The position numbers and the translations under genes are program-made. Positions 24,861 through 38,039 of a stretch of 64,000 nt of DNA are shown piece by piece. The notes beneath the pieces were generated by a model. It worked only from the letters and a program-made list of their open reading frames with translations. It did no database searches and had not been told where the DNA came from. Origin of the DNA: Gracilinanus agilis (lineage: Eukaryota); the NCBI RefSeq assembly GCF_016433145.1, contig NC_058133.1:490558373-490622372 (forward strand). The letters run 5' to 3'. How positions within the stretch are numbered: position 1 is the stretch's first letter; each line of letters starts with the position of its first letter.

Positions 24861-26302
24861 AAAGCACATATTTACAAGGGAGAAAAAAGAAAAGATGATA
24901 TGAGGTAAAATCTCTCTTTCAGCATCAGCTCTGCAACCCTGTTTGAATCAGTTGCCCTCTCTGTGCCTCAGTTTCTCCTTTGTAAAATGAGAGTGATTTG
25001 TGAAGAACTGTGTTGTTGTGAGGAACAATGTTTTTCAGACCTTCAAGTGCTGTATAGATGCTAGCTATTTATTGGGTGGTTTGAATATCAAAGTGGCTGC
25101 TTTCTCTGTGTTTTTACAGTGATGACAAGAATGTATGAGGTAGGAGAGTGAAGGGAGTTGAAAAGTGGATATTTCTTGATAGTCCCTTTCTTGAAACTTG
25201 GCTTTTCTTCTCCCTGACTTCAGTGCCAGGAAACCCTAAGTCAATATTTTCTTCTAGTGAAGGCTTTACATGTATAGGGACCCAAAAAGGTACTTATTGT
25301 TCAGGATTATTTATGGTAAAGATTAATTGAAACGAGATCAATACAGCATAGTTACTTTGGGCCAACCACTGGGACTTGAAAACAGCTCAGCTACAGAGAA
25401 CACTTCTTTGCAGTGGTGTTCCAAGGTAATGAGATTTTATTTGTGTTTCGAAAGTGAAGAAACACTGTCCTCCATGGGATGAATGAGTAGGGGAATCTTT
25501 AAGAGCATCCCTGTAATTTATTTCAGTCCAAGAACTGGCCAGAGGAGTACTGAAATGTAGATTGAAGTGTTTTTTGTCTAATTCTATTATGCTGTCATTT
25601 TTCCACTTTAAATAAAGTAATTTTTATTGAGTTTTCAAAATGTCAGTAATAAAGCTTTAATGCACAAGGGTACAGATTCATGTTTCATATACTGTAGACA
25701 CTGGACGATTATTGGATTTGACGATTATTGGGTTTTGAGGCTCCTATGTTTAACACTGCCTATTTGCATGTGTATATGTAATCAAACTAGCTACATTACC
25801 TTGAGCAAATAAAATATAATTGTTATTGCTTGTAATTAATCTAGCTTATACAGTATTTAGCTATGTTGATGGGAATATGATTCATCATTGAGATCTTACT
25901 GAAATCAAAGAAAATTGATCAGATGGTTTTTTTTTTCCCAGTTGGATTCTGTTTGTTTTAAGTTATCAGGAAATTTTAAAACAATTATCTGTTTCTGTTC
26001 ATGTATGTTCAAATAAATATGTGTTGGAGTGAGCTTCATTCCTGGTAGAATTTTTAAAATGTTAAGTTATAGTAATACGATTCTTTGTTATTGTACCTTT
26101 TCCCTCATAGCCTATGGCACAAAGTTTGTATTTACTTGTCTCACAGGTCAAATTCTCAGGTCAAAGTGTTGTTACTAAAGCCCACACTGGAACACAGAAT
26201 GGTCATGGCCCTGAGGGGGGCATTGTACTCCAGTGTTAAAACAGGTTGTCCCCAAAGTCTTAGTATAGTTTTGTCACTATTAAAACTTAAAATTGTGCTA
26301 AA

Positions 26303-26492
26303 GGGGCAGTTAGGTAGCACAGGTGATAGAATGCCAGACCTAGAGTCAGGAGGACCTGGATTCAAATCTAGCCTCTTCTACTACTTCCTAGTTATGTTAC
26401 CCTGGGTGAGTCACTTAACCTCAGGTGCCTAGCCCATGCTGTCCTTCTGTCTTAGATCTGATAAGAAGACAGAAGGTAAGGGTGAAAAAAAG
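26303..26492 (+). mobile_element. SINE1_Mdo-type SINE
   Basis: ggggcagttaggtagcaca head, CORE, agacagaaggtaaggg tail. Confidence 0.85.
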
Positions 26493-26961
26493 AAACAAAG
26501 AAAACTATCCTGTCTAATGTTGAAAGAGCACCAGACTGCAGGTTGTAAGATCTGGGTCTTAATGGGATCTCAGCTGGATCATCACTTGTGTGGTCTTGGG
26601 CAGCTGCTATCTCCAACCCCTCAAGTTTTCCTCTTTGGAAATGAGAGATTTGGATCAGTTGGTTTCTAAGGACTCCTGGTGTCATGATTGGTGTTTCTAG
26701 CTCTGACTCTAGAACCAAAGGAATGTACCAAATTGTTGAGACTGTGATGCTAGTTTTTGTGGAGGAATGAGTTAAATTGTTTTTTTAATTGCCTGATGTA
26801 GGGAGAGTATACTCCTAATGCCAGAGTATACATGGGCTAGCTTTGTTTTTCTAAAGTAATTTAACCCATTTAGTTTATTATTTGAGAGAATTGGGAAATT
26901 AAGGCTTTATCTGACAAGGGTTGACAGTAGAGGTGAGCGCAGTCACGGTGAGATTCCAGAA

Positions 26962-27148
26962 TTTTTTTTTTTTAAACCCTTAACTTCTGCGTATTGGCTC
27001 CTTGGTAGAAGAGTGATAAGGGTGGGCAATTGGGGTTAAGTGACTTGCCCAGGATCACACAGCTGGGAAGTGTCTGAGGCCGGATTTGAACCTAGGACCT
27101 CCTGTCTCTAGGCCTGACTCTCAATCCACTGAGCTACCCAGATGCCCC
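26962..27148 (-). mobile_element. Young SINE1_Mdo-type SINE, short-tail variant
   Basis: TSD tccaga(a/g)ttttt; poly-T. Confidence 0.92.
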
Positions 27149-27309
27149 TCCAGAGTTTTTAAATGGGATATTGTTAGATAATTTTTTTACTTGGTGTACC
27201 TTATGAATGGGGTCATATTATAAATTTTTTTTCATTGATGTCATACTTTACAAATACAGATGTCACATTTTACATACAAATTTACAAAATTACAAATGCA
27301 GATTTGAGA

Positions 27310-27835
27310 TGCACGGAAGGATGAAGGGTATCTTTAAACATGAGAATGCCATTCTTAACAACATAGTTTTGAGGATTAGCTAGGTAAGATGGGGGACATG
27401 AATATAATGAAATATTGCTGTGTTGTAAGAAATAATAAATATGATTGATGGCTGTAGAGAAGCATGAAAAGATTGAGTTAGACCACAGCTCAGTGAATAG
27501 AAGCAGGAAGACAGTGTACACAGTGACTCTAACAGTGTAAGTGGACAGGCGAGCAACAGAAAAACAACAGACATACATAGAAAACAGAAATTAGGAACAC
27601 AGCATGGCCCCAAAGAGGAGGTTGGCAAAAAGACCGCCCTGCTTCTTTGCCCAAGTGGAAGGCTGTGGGGAAGTAACATGTCCTATATTGTCAAGTCTTT
27701 GGTTTTTTTTTTTTTTTTTAAATTTCTTTTTCTTTTTTTTCTTCCTTATAAGGGATGGATTCTTGGGAGGGGGAAGGGATACACTGAAAAGAAACAGAGA
27801 TGAAGTGAAGACAAAATATATCAACATAAATGAAT
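27310..27835 (+). mobile_element. L1 3' fragment
   Basis: aatataatgaaatattgctgtgttgtaagaaat ORF2-end/3'UTR motif. Confidence 0.7.
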
Positions 27836-29685
27836 TTTAATATAATTATCAAGCTTGTTACAGTATCAAGAAATGTCTGTTTTTGTGTGTGTATGTATGT
27901 ACATCCTGCATATGTCATTAACGAGTTTTATAGAAATAGGAAAAGCAGTTTTGTATGGGAGTTTAGTGGGAGCAGTGCTGAAAGGGCTCTACTGTAATGT
28001 GGCATGAAAATGGGGTTTGATTATGATGCATTAGCCACATTCTTGTGAAATGACTTTGGCTAAGGTCCTGTAACATGGGGCTGTCGTGTGATGTATGTGG
28101 TGGATAGAGAGCTGTCCTTGGAATCGGGGAGACCTGTGTTCAAGTGTGACTTCTGACATCTAGTTGTGAGTGCAGGGTCTCGGCCTCTCAACTATTGAAT
28201 CTGCCTGGGTAGAGGGAGTGCCCCCAAATCAATGAAATCACAATTATGGACTAGCCCTTCCCCCCAAACAAAAGAAAGCAACAAGAAAAGAGCTTGGGAT
28301 AAGAATTGGTTATTTTTTTTTTTAAACCCTGACTTTCTGTCCTAGTATAGAGAAATGAGGTTAAGTGACTTGCTTAAAGATCACACAGCCAGGAATGTCT
28401 GAGGTTAGATTTGAACCCAGGTCCTCCTGACTTCAGGCTCTCTATTTGCTGTGTCCTCTGACTGCCCTAGGATCATTGTTTTTTAACCTTGTCCAATTTT
28501 TTTTCTGTGATTTCATCTTGATGGCCTGATCTTCTTGACTGACTGTGGCAGCCATGGAGGGTGGGAGACCATTGGTGTATGACGTCTGTCTTTCGTGTGG
28601 GGCCCCAGAAATTGGGATCAGGATGTCCCCTCCCCATTTGGAGCAGCCAGTGATGGGAAAGGAGCCTGGAGCCCTGCTGCAGAAAGCCAGTGTTTCCCCA
28701 GCATCATTCCCGGTTGCAGTTGCCATAGTACCCTGAGGAGTGCTCTGAGCTCACTGGTGTGCTGTGCTTTCTAGTTGAAAAAAGCGAGATTAGATGAACT
28801 GCCATATTTAATGCCTAGTCGCAGTTAAATTCCCCAAATCAGATGTGTTGCTTTTAGAAAGATTATTTATATTTTTATACTTTTAACCTTATACTTTATA
28901 AAAATTAGCCTAAGGGATGAAGGAGCAAGTGGATACCTTTATATTGTTAGGAAGTCATTTCTTATTTTCTTTTAGAGAGCCTTATTCATTTAACCTCCTG
29001 TCCCTACGAATCTTGCTATTTCCTTGACATTCCTGCTTCTGAACCCTGTCCTCGGCTCTCCCTGCTGAGACAGTTCACTAGCTCTTCGTGGTTACTGAGG
29101 ACTCTTTCATTTCTTATTTTCTATCAACTGTTGCAAAATAAGGTGCCTTTGTTTGGGGAGAAGGGAGAGAGAGAAGCCTTCCTGAATGTAGCCATTCCCT
29201 TTGAAGTTGGAGCACTTCAGAGACAATTGAGTTGCTTTCAGGCTTCTCTCCTACCACCCAGCCTTTTCTTCTGCTAAAGCCTGCAGTGAACACGCACTTC
29301 TGTTGATGACATCGATTTGTTGCTATGGAAATAGCGGTAATGTCACAGATTCAGCCCGGTGACTTTACTGCAGGTTCATGCAGGAGAAAGGAGTAGGCTT
29401 TAGGGAAGAACCTTATTAAAACTGAAAGCCATCAGTTGTGAGAAGGCGAAAGGTCAATGGAGACAACCCGGCTTCTTTTTGTAATAAAGACAAAATTGCG
29501 TTCCCACCCTCTCTGCCTTGGCAAATTCACTGCACACATTTAAATGTCCCAGTACGAATTCAGGCCCAGAAACATCTTTTGTGAAATCAAGGCTTTTTAA
29601 ATTTCTCACTTACCTCAAGATGTTTTAAGTAACTTTTAACCCCAGTTCTCTGTATTGACGTGGCCTTTTCCCTTCTTATCCTTAG

Positions 29686-29778
29686 GACAAGGGCAGCAGC
29701 AAGCAGTGCCAGCTCCAGGGCCAGCAACTAATCCAGTAGCCACCAAACCCCAGCAACAGAATGGGAGTTCAGGCCTGG
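29686..29778 (+). CDS. RPA1: RPA1 exon 6, F-A linker (GQGQQQAVPAPGPATNPVATKPQQQNGSSGL)
   Basis: cttag|ga...ctgg|gtaagt; 93 nt; QNGSSG motif; phases fit exons 5 and 7. Confidence 0.93.
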
Positions 29779-30494
29779 GTAAGTCCTGCCACTGGATGAG
29801 CTATACACAGGCATTGGGAATTGGAAGCCTTGGGATGGTGCTGGGAATCTCAGCTGGGGCTAAAGGTGTGTCTAGAGAGCACGTTGCTTAGAAGATTTAA
29901 AAATAGCTCAGATTCTTATTCTTAAAGTTCTTCTAGTTAAAGGTGAAGATGTTTGAAGTTACTTAGCCATCCATCATTTTTTAAACGACGTATTGCTAAT
30001 CTAGGAACTAATATGTAGTACTCTTAGCAGTTAAGAGTTTACCTTAGAGTTTCTCACACATCCTTAGCTTTTTATGTCCTCCTACTTTTCTGTTCATTTG
30101 CATACCTTTTAAAATTCTTATCTTTTAGCTTGTTCTCTGCCATCTGCTTCATCAAATTTAGTTTCTCTTTCTTTCCATTTTTGTCTCTTGGGTTTTTATC
30201 TTTTGCTTGAAGAGCAAATGTTGGTCAGACAGTCTCTATTTTTCAATATCATAGAAAAACTATATTTTCTTCTTCTGACTTTTGCTATAGCAGATCCAGG
30301 GAGACTCTTAATTGAATCATTTCATTATTTGTTTGTTTGTTTGTTTATTTGGGGGCTTTTAGTTGAGGAACCTCCAAAATAGAGTCCATGATTTGTAGAA
30401 TTTGGTTGGGTCTATTTTTAGGTGTGACTTTTTTCCTTCTTCACCAGAAATTACTGTGTCTTTCCCTGTTCCCATATCTTTCTCTCTCTCTCTC

Positions 30495-30668
30495 TTTTTT
30501 TTAAACTCATATCTTCTGTATTAGAAGCAATAAAAGAGTCAGTACCAAAGCAGAAGAGTGGTAAGGGCTGAGGAGGTCACACAGCTAGGAAGTTTCTGAG
30601 GCCAGATTTGAATCCAGACCCTCCTGTCTCCAGGCCTGACTATCCATTGAACCACCTAGCTGCCCCAC
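30495..30668 (-). mobile_element. SINE1_Mdo-type SINE
   Basis: gcagaagagtggtaagggct..gaaccacctagctgcccc. Confidence 0.85.
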
Positions 30669-30899
30669 CCCCCCAATTTCTCTCTTAAAAGACATTGTTT
30701 TCTGTTTTTCAATGCCACCCTTCTGAGAGGAGCAAAAGGAAAACATTGATATTATCTGGGTACCTGTGACACATTGTCATTGCCATCAGCTGGATTTGGT
30801 GATCTTCAGAATTCTTCCTTAAAACTTTGCCTGCTCCTCTGCAAAGGTAGCTTCCAAGATTTTCACTGCTTAACCCACTCTTACCACTTTTGCATTCTT

Positions 30900-31370
30900 C
30901 TCAGTAATGTGTGATTATTGTCTAATATAACATCAGCTCCCAAATATTCAGCCTCCGGATGGATGCAGTGGCATGGGTCATCCATTTTGCTTCAGTGATA
31001 TTCTCTGATTTTCCCTCAGATGTCCCTTCCCAAGAGCTTTGATACTTTGTGGATGTGATTTCATTGGCATGTGTGTGCCCTTCACTGACAGCCCCAGCCC
31101 CGGCACAGCTTCTCATCCTATGTGATTCTTGTCTGTGTCATTTCATAAGTCTTCCATTGAATATTTAACCAACTAGATAATGGTCTCTGGTTCTTTTTCA
31201 TAACTTGGGTTTCACCACTGGTATCCCTCTTGTGCTATCAGTCTGTTGTCTCTTACTCTTGATATGTGACTGGTCCCCCTATGCCTTTATATGCACAATA
31301 ATGTCTTTTATAATCCCTATTTTTGTGTCCAAGTCACCGTCATTGGTCACATGCCCATGACTGTCCTCAG
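30900..31370 (-). mobile_element. RTE-clade LINE 3' fragment
   Basis: Minus-strand SHISRVRDNR resembles the RTE ORF C-terminal GHVAR.RDNRW motif. Confidence 0.6.
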
Positions 31371-32194
31371 TTAATGTTCAAATTAGTTCAGGCACCCTAA
31401 TCCCCCATCAGCTGGGCAGTGGAAAGAGAAGACCCAGACGTGTGCTGTGTGTTGGGAGAAGCAGACTGGCTGCAGATGCTCCCTTGAGGGTATTGTGGTT
31501 GTGCCTTGTTGAGAACTTTGGCTTTTGATTCCATGCTTATATCTCCTGGTCTTCCTGGAGAAATAAAAACTCTTTGAACTTAGGAACTGTGCTCTTTCTC
31601 TGTTCTGTCCTTTAAATATTCAGACCAACACTCAGTAAATACTTGTTTAATGGATGACAGGGTTCCATTTTTTTTTTAAACTAACCTCTTTTCTGGGGAA
31701 ATATTTTAATCTAGGTGACAATCAAAGGGATATTTTGTTAATTTACAGTTCTAGTCTTTATGGAAACTGAATGGATTGAGAGAAAAGAATCAGCTGTTAA
31801 GGACCAGTAGTTACTACTGTGCTATCTCCAGAGAGTATAGAATTGCAGCCTGGCCTCTGTTGTTCAGTGACACCAGCCGAGTCAGAGCTGCTCTTCTGCC
31901 AACCAGGTGTCCTGCACCCAAGGGCTGGTTCATCCCATTAACTTCATGCCACACTTTTCCTTAGTATCTATAATAGGATGCTAAGATCTGGAATTTTTCT
32001 TGTGTCAAAATGATAATACTGCTAGGAAGTAGTAACTCATTTATCTGAGTGACATTCCCCTCCTCCACAGATCTGGGAGCACCTTTTCTTTTGCCTGTTA
32101 TTACTTTTCCTGATGTCATTATGTTCATTGCAAAAGATTGTATTTGCTTCTCTGCAATCTTATGCAAGGCTATTGCTCTAAAATGAGGTTTAAG

Positions 32195-32395
32195 GGGGGC
32201 AGCTGGGGAATTGAGAGCCAGGCCTAGAGATGGGAGGTCCTAGGTTCAAATCTGACCTCAGACACCTTCCAGCTGTGTGACCCTGGGCAAGTCACTTGAC
32301 CCCCGTTGCCTACCCTTACCAATCTTCTACTTTGGAGCCAATACACAGTATTGACTCCAAGACGGAAGGTGAGGGTTTAAAAAAAAATAAAAATA
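32195..32395 (+). mobile_element. Young SINE1_Mdo-type SINE, long-tail variant
   Basis: TSD aaaat(g/a)aggtttaagg; near-identical to 12012-12217. Confidence 0.92.
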
Positions 32396-32659
32396 AAATA
32401 AGGTTTAAGGAGTAGCACAGGAGGGATTAGAGGTTGATGACCCCTACTTATCAAACCCCTCCTGTACTCCTCCTGAAGACTGCCCTTCCACCCCTCTGTA
32501 ACTATCAGCTTTTAGGATCTGGGTTGAAATGAGAAGTAACCTGAATACATTTCCTACCAGTTTAATTTTATATAATTCTCATCACTGGAGCTGGCCATAA
32601 ATACATTATACAAGTTAAATGGCATAAGGATTTTTTTGGTCTTTGTGTATATTTTAAAG

Positions 32660-32789
32660 GTTCTACTGCAACCAAGAGCTTTGGTGTTTCCAAGACATTT
32701 GGTAAAGTTGGGAATGCTAACCTGAGCACTCCCGGAGGATCCCAGCTGAAAGTCGTACCCATCGCCAGCCTCAATCCCTACCAGTCCAA
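32660..32789 (+). CDS. RPA1: RPA1 exon 7 ([44 protein letters not shown])
   Basis: taaag|gt...ccaa|gtgagt; 130 nt; [13 protein letters not shown] motif. Confidence 0.96.
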
Positions 32790-33387
32790 GTGAGTTGGGA
32801 AACCTGCCAGGTTTAAGATTTCCTTCCTTCCCCTAGAAGTGCTTTCTGCCTTTTTTAGATGTTTGGGTGCCAAATGTAGTTGGGTGCCAGATGTTCGATA
32901 AGATTTTGGTAATGCGTCTAATTTTCTGTCTTTTGAATAATCTGTGTCAGCTTTTTCAAAAATCTCCCAAGACACTAAGATTATTAAAAGTAGGGATGTA
33001 TAAACTTCATGTAGCAAGTAAATAATGGAGATTATTATACTGAAAAAATGCCAATCTTAACAGAAAAACACCTGATAGTTATTGATAGTAGTAATTGAGA
33101 GAATAGCCTCCTAGTCTAAATTTAAGCCGTCTTCCTATTAATTCCCCCCTTCTTATGTAGGTCCTGTTCCTAAATGAAGTTTCTTTAAAAGGAAAAAATC
33201 CATTTTGTGTTACACACTGGTAAATAAATCTGATTATGAATAAATTTGGATTTTATAGAAGACACAATGGATGGAAAGTACAGGCTATATTTAGATCAAT
33301 ACAGCACCAGCAGTGAACATCAATGTCCAGTGACATGCTGTGCTTCTGGACACCTGTCATCAGTGGGAGATTTTCAGCCTAAAAATA

Positions 33388-33442
33388 GATGATGACGATG
33401 ATGGTGGTGGTGGTGGTGGTGGTGGTGGTGATGCTGGTGATG
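33388..33442. repeat. (GGT)n/(GAT)n microsatellite
   Basis: gatgatgacgatgatggtggtggt...; shorter copy near 33707-33731. Confidence 0.95.
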
Positions 33443-34158
33443 CTCTTGGCTAAAATTACCTATATGTTGCAAACTGCAGTGCAGTCTTGTTAATCTGGTT
33501 TAATCTGTTAAATTAGACTAACACGGGCTATTTAAAAAGAATACCTTTCTTCTCAAGACTCTTTCATAGTTAATACTTCATATTTATGACTCCCTTGGAG
33601 GTAGGAAAGTATATGTGGGATTATAAGGGGCCTTGCAAGTTAGCCTCCAAGATAACATGAGAAGTTTGTAAAGTGCTATGTAAGCCTTAAAGCACCATAT
33701 AAATGTTGGTGATGGTGGTGGTGGTGGTGATTATTATCAAGATCCTATCTAAAAAGAGAAGGGCCTGATCTAGAAAGGGTGTGTCTGATTCCTTGTACCA
33801 TAAGTTTGTGTTTACTTGACTATGTGTCAGAAGCTGGATGCAAATTTACCATCATTTGTAACATTCACAGAATTAAAGAACTGATAAACTACAAGTGCTG
33901 ACCAAAAGCACTAGACTTTTTAGCTTAGGGCCTTATCTGTTGCTGCCTTGGAAAGGAAGATGGATTATAAATCTGTTTCTTTGAGAGAATGCATAAACAT
34001 GTTATCATCTTGCCTACTTTGTTTTTTATTTTTTTCTGTAAACTGCTGGGCCTGTATGTTCTCTTTTGGTCTAAGTGCCTGCCCAGTGGGCATAGCCTGA
34101 CCCAGGAAGGTCCAATGTGTTGGCTGGGCCAGGGGGTGTAATGCCATGTTTTCTTTGA

Positions 34159-34341
<183 letters not shown>

Positions 34342-34469
34342 TGACCCCTTGAGCAACAGACGACATCTCTTTGCTCACTGTCCAGGCAAAAACCAGAATA
34401 AGCCAAAGTTTTTTTGACCCAGACTGTGCTCTATTGGTGTTCTCTTAGATTGAGAGTCATAAATAATAT

Positions 34470-34933
34470 ATACCATCCCTTCCATATTTCATGGGTTAGG
34501 GTACAGCACCCCCTTGATTTGGAAAATCTGTCTAAAATCTTTTGGCCCTTTCATATCTAAGGAGTCTGAATTTTTTTTTCTTTCATGGGTGTTTATATGC
34601 ATTTATGAGTTACTAAACATTTTAAGGTACCTCTACGTTTCTGATCTTTGTGTGTCATCTGCTGGCTTTCACATCCTTTTTCACAAACTTTTAACTTTTT
34701 ACTTATTTTAACTTTAAAAAAGAAATTGTGTATATGGTGTTAAAAGATAAAAGTATTGGTATTACACAAATACTTTACATATATTATGCATTTCTGGCTT
34801 TCTCTACTTTTTCTGTGTCATCTGTGGCTTTTGCAAAATTCCAAAAAAATTCTTACTTAATTTCTTTTGCCAACCTGTGCAATATATTGAAACTGAGATG
34901 GGAAAAGTTGTGATGTAGAAATCATGATTTGTA
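34470..34933. mobile_element. Tigger-like (Tc1/mariner-pogo) non-autonomous DNA transposon
   Basis: Degenerate TIRs ccatcccttccatat / gtgatgtagaaatcatgatttg with TA flanks; internal repeat tgtgtcatctg(c)tggcttt at 34651 and 34814. Confidence 0.6.
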
Positions 34934-35994
34934 TCTTGATTTTAAGTGAGAGCATTTAGCATTGTTAGAACTAAATGTGTTTGTTTTTTCCTACTTCCTA
35001 ACAACTCTTTAGACAGAAAGCTCTGGGCTAGGCAGTTGGGGTTCAGTGACTTGGGCAGGGTCCCACAACTAGAAGTGCTGGAGTTAGACTTCTGAACAAG
35101 GAGCTCTGTTAGACTCTTGGCAAGCAAAGTTGTAGCACTATGATGTGGTTGATGCTTGTTTTTACTTAATAGAGAAATGGTGCTCTTGAGGAATCCCTTA
35201 TTCTATGCAACAGCCATTTTGTTAATTTAAAGGACTTTAGGGAGATATGGTGTCTGACTGTGGCCTTTCATATAGTTTATCCAGACAAAATGATTAGGCG
35301 TGTTAATGGAATAAGAAGAGATTCTTTACTAGTTTGGGGCAGGAGCAAATAGAGAGAGAGACCAGAATTTGTCTTTTGACAATCCAACAGCTACTCTTTT
35401 TCGACATTGAGGCAGGGTAGCGGTAGTAGGGAGAGCTTTGGACTAGAAGTGTGGAGATTTGAGTTCTGAGCCTGAAGTACTGAGGTTCCCTCCCACCCCC
35501 CCAGCCATTGGACCTCTCCAACATAGTTCTTTGACAAAAGCAAAAAAAAAAAAATGAGTGAATAATTGAGAGGATTGGAATAGATGAACGGTTAGATCTT
35601 TTCAGCTCAGAATTTTTATGATTCTAATCCATCTTCATGGGATGTTTCAGCCATTTATTTCCATTTTTGATCTATCAGCAGCATTTTACCTGACAGTGAA
35701 AGTAAAAACTAAGCTACTAGCAACTTTGAAAATCAATTTATTGATCTGGCATTAGTTGCCATGTATTTAAGAATGAGTTGTCACAACATTTTTGGCAGAT
35801 ATAAAGCAATACCTCATTTAAGAAGTAAGTAAGTTTTATCTACAGCAAAGCTGGTGCATCTCTAATTTGATAACAGTTTCACATGGTAGCCCAGGGTGTG
35901 GAGAGTTGGACCAGTTTTAATTATTTCTACTCAGAACTCAGTTCCTACTAGCTGAGCTTTATTCTAGGTAATTCCTAACCCAATTTTTCAAAAA

Positions 35995-36150
35995 GAATTA
36001 AAAACCCTTTCTTGTCTTATCAAAGGCAGAAAATTAGTAAGGGCTAGGCAATTGGGGTTAAGTGACTTGTCTAAGGTTACACAGCTAGTTAGGGTCTGAG
36101 GTCAGATTTGAACCTAGGTCCTCTCTGACCACTGAGTCACCTAGTGGCTC
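35995..36150 (-). mobile_element. SINE1_Mdo-type SINE
   Basis: aaacccttt..gtaagggctaggcaattggggttaagtgacttg. Confidence 0.8.
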
Positions 36151-36391
36151 TAAATTAATAAGGCTTGGAATTGGATACATTTTTCATCTGAAATTAATAG
36201 TTCCACCTGAAAAACTGTAAATTGTACAGAATCCCTGAATGCTGGCATTAGAAGCACCTTGTACTCCATATAGTCTATCCATCCTCTCTGCAACTACTCC
36301 TCAAGTATTCTGGACAGCTTTTACTTGAAGAGTTCTCAAGGGAAGGGGACAGCCTTCTGGGACAGCCCATTCCACTTTCTCATAGCTGTAA

Positions 36392-36646
<255 letters not shown>

Positions 36647-36793
36647 TAGGACTGTGGAGTCTCAGGTCACTCATTCACCTAGAGACTAGTTGAATGGTGG
36701 AATGAGGATGAGGAGATGGGGATCTTTTGGCTGATTGTGAAAGTTGTTCACATCCCTGGTTTGAGATCTCAGTGGTTTGACGTGTCTTTGTAG

Positions 36794-37156
<363 letters not shown>

Positions 37157-37173
37157 TAGTGTCTCCATTTCAG

Positions 37174-37313
37174 ACATCATCGGGGTCTGTAAGAGCTACG
37201 AAGATGCCAGCAAAGTCGTTGTGAAGTCTTCCAACAGGGAAGTGTCCAAGAGGAATATCCATTTGATGGACACGTCAGGGAAGGTGGTGACAACAACTCT
37301 GTGGGGAGAAGAT
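37174..37313 (+). CDS. RPA1: RPA1 exon 11 ([12 protein letters not shown]...TTTLWGED)
   Basis: ttcag|ac...gat|gtaagt; 140 nt; DBD-B Trp present. Confidence 0.98.
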
Positions 37314-37480
37314 GTAAGTTACTGTTCAGGAGTCTCAGCAGAGGCAGAGTATGCATGAAGACTGTAGATCAAGACTTTAAAACGCTTGGTTTGTAGTTGT
37401 TGGGGTCTGTGCACAGAATGGGGAATTGTCTTAGGAATCAGAACTCCATTCGAGCATTTTCTCTGAAAATAAATTGCTCA

Positions 37481-37665
37481 GGGCAGCTATGTGGCTCAGT
37501 GGACAGAGAGCCAGGCCTGGAGTTGGGATGACCTGGGTTCAGATATGGCCCCATATACTTCCCAGTTATGTGACTCTGGGCAAGTCTCTTAGCCCCATTT
37601 GCCCAACCCTTGTCTTTCTGGCCTAGAGTTGTTACTAAGCCATAAAGTGAAGGCTTTTTTAAAAA
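37481..37665 (+). mobile_element. SINE1_Mdo-type SINE in intron 11
   Basis: gggcagctatgtggctcagtggacagagagccagg head, CORE and tail. Confidence 0.85.
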
Positions 37666-37862
37666 ATGAAGAAAGAAAGAAAATGTATTGCTCTTTAAAG
37701 CTTTACCTAGTGGTTTCTGAGGTGATCTCAGCCCGTAAAGATGCTGAGAAAGTCCTGGTATAGTGGGTGGTCTTATGTTGTACATAACCTTCTTGAGGTG
37801 AGGAGAGGCCAGGCAGGAGCCTTTTCGTGTAAGTATTAAGTGTGCCCCTGGAACCCTAGTAA

Positions 37863-38039
<177 letters not shown>

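Noticed and set aside
28442-28740. Overlapping GC-richer ORFs on both strands (28442-28726, 28545-28736)
   Set aside because: No recognisable homology or convincing exon boundaries; the minus ORF runs into a SINE
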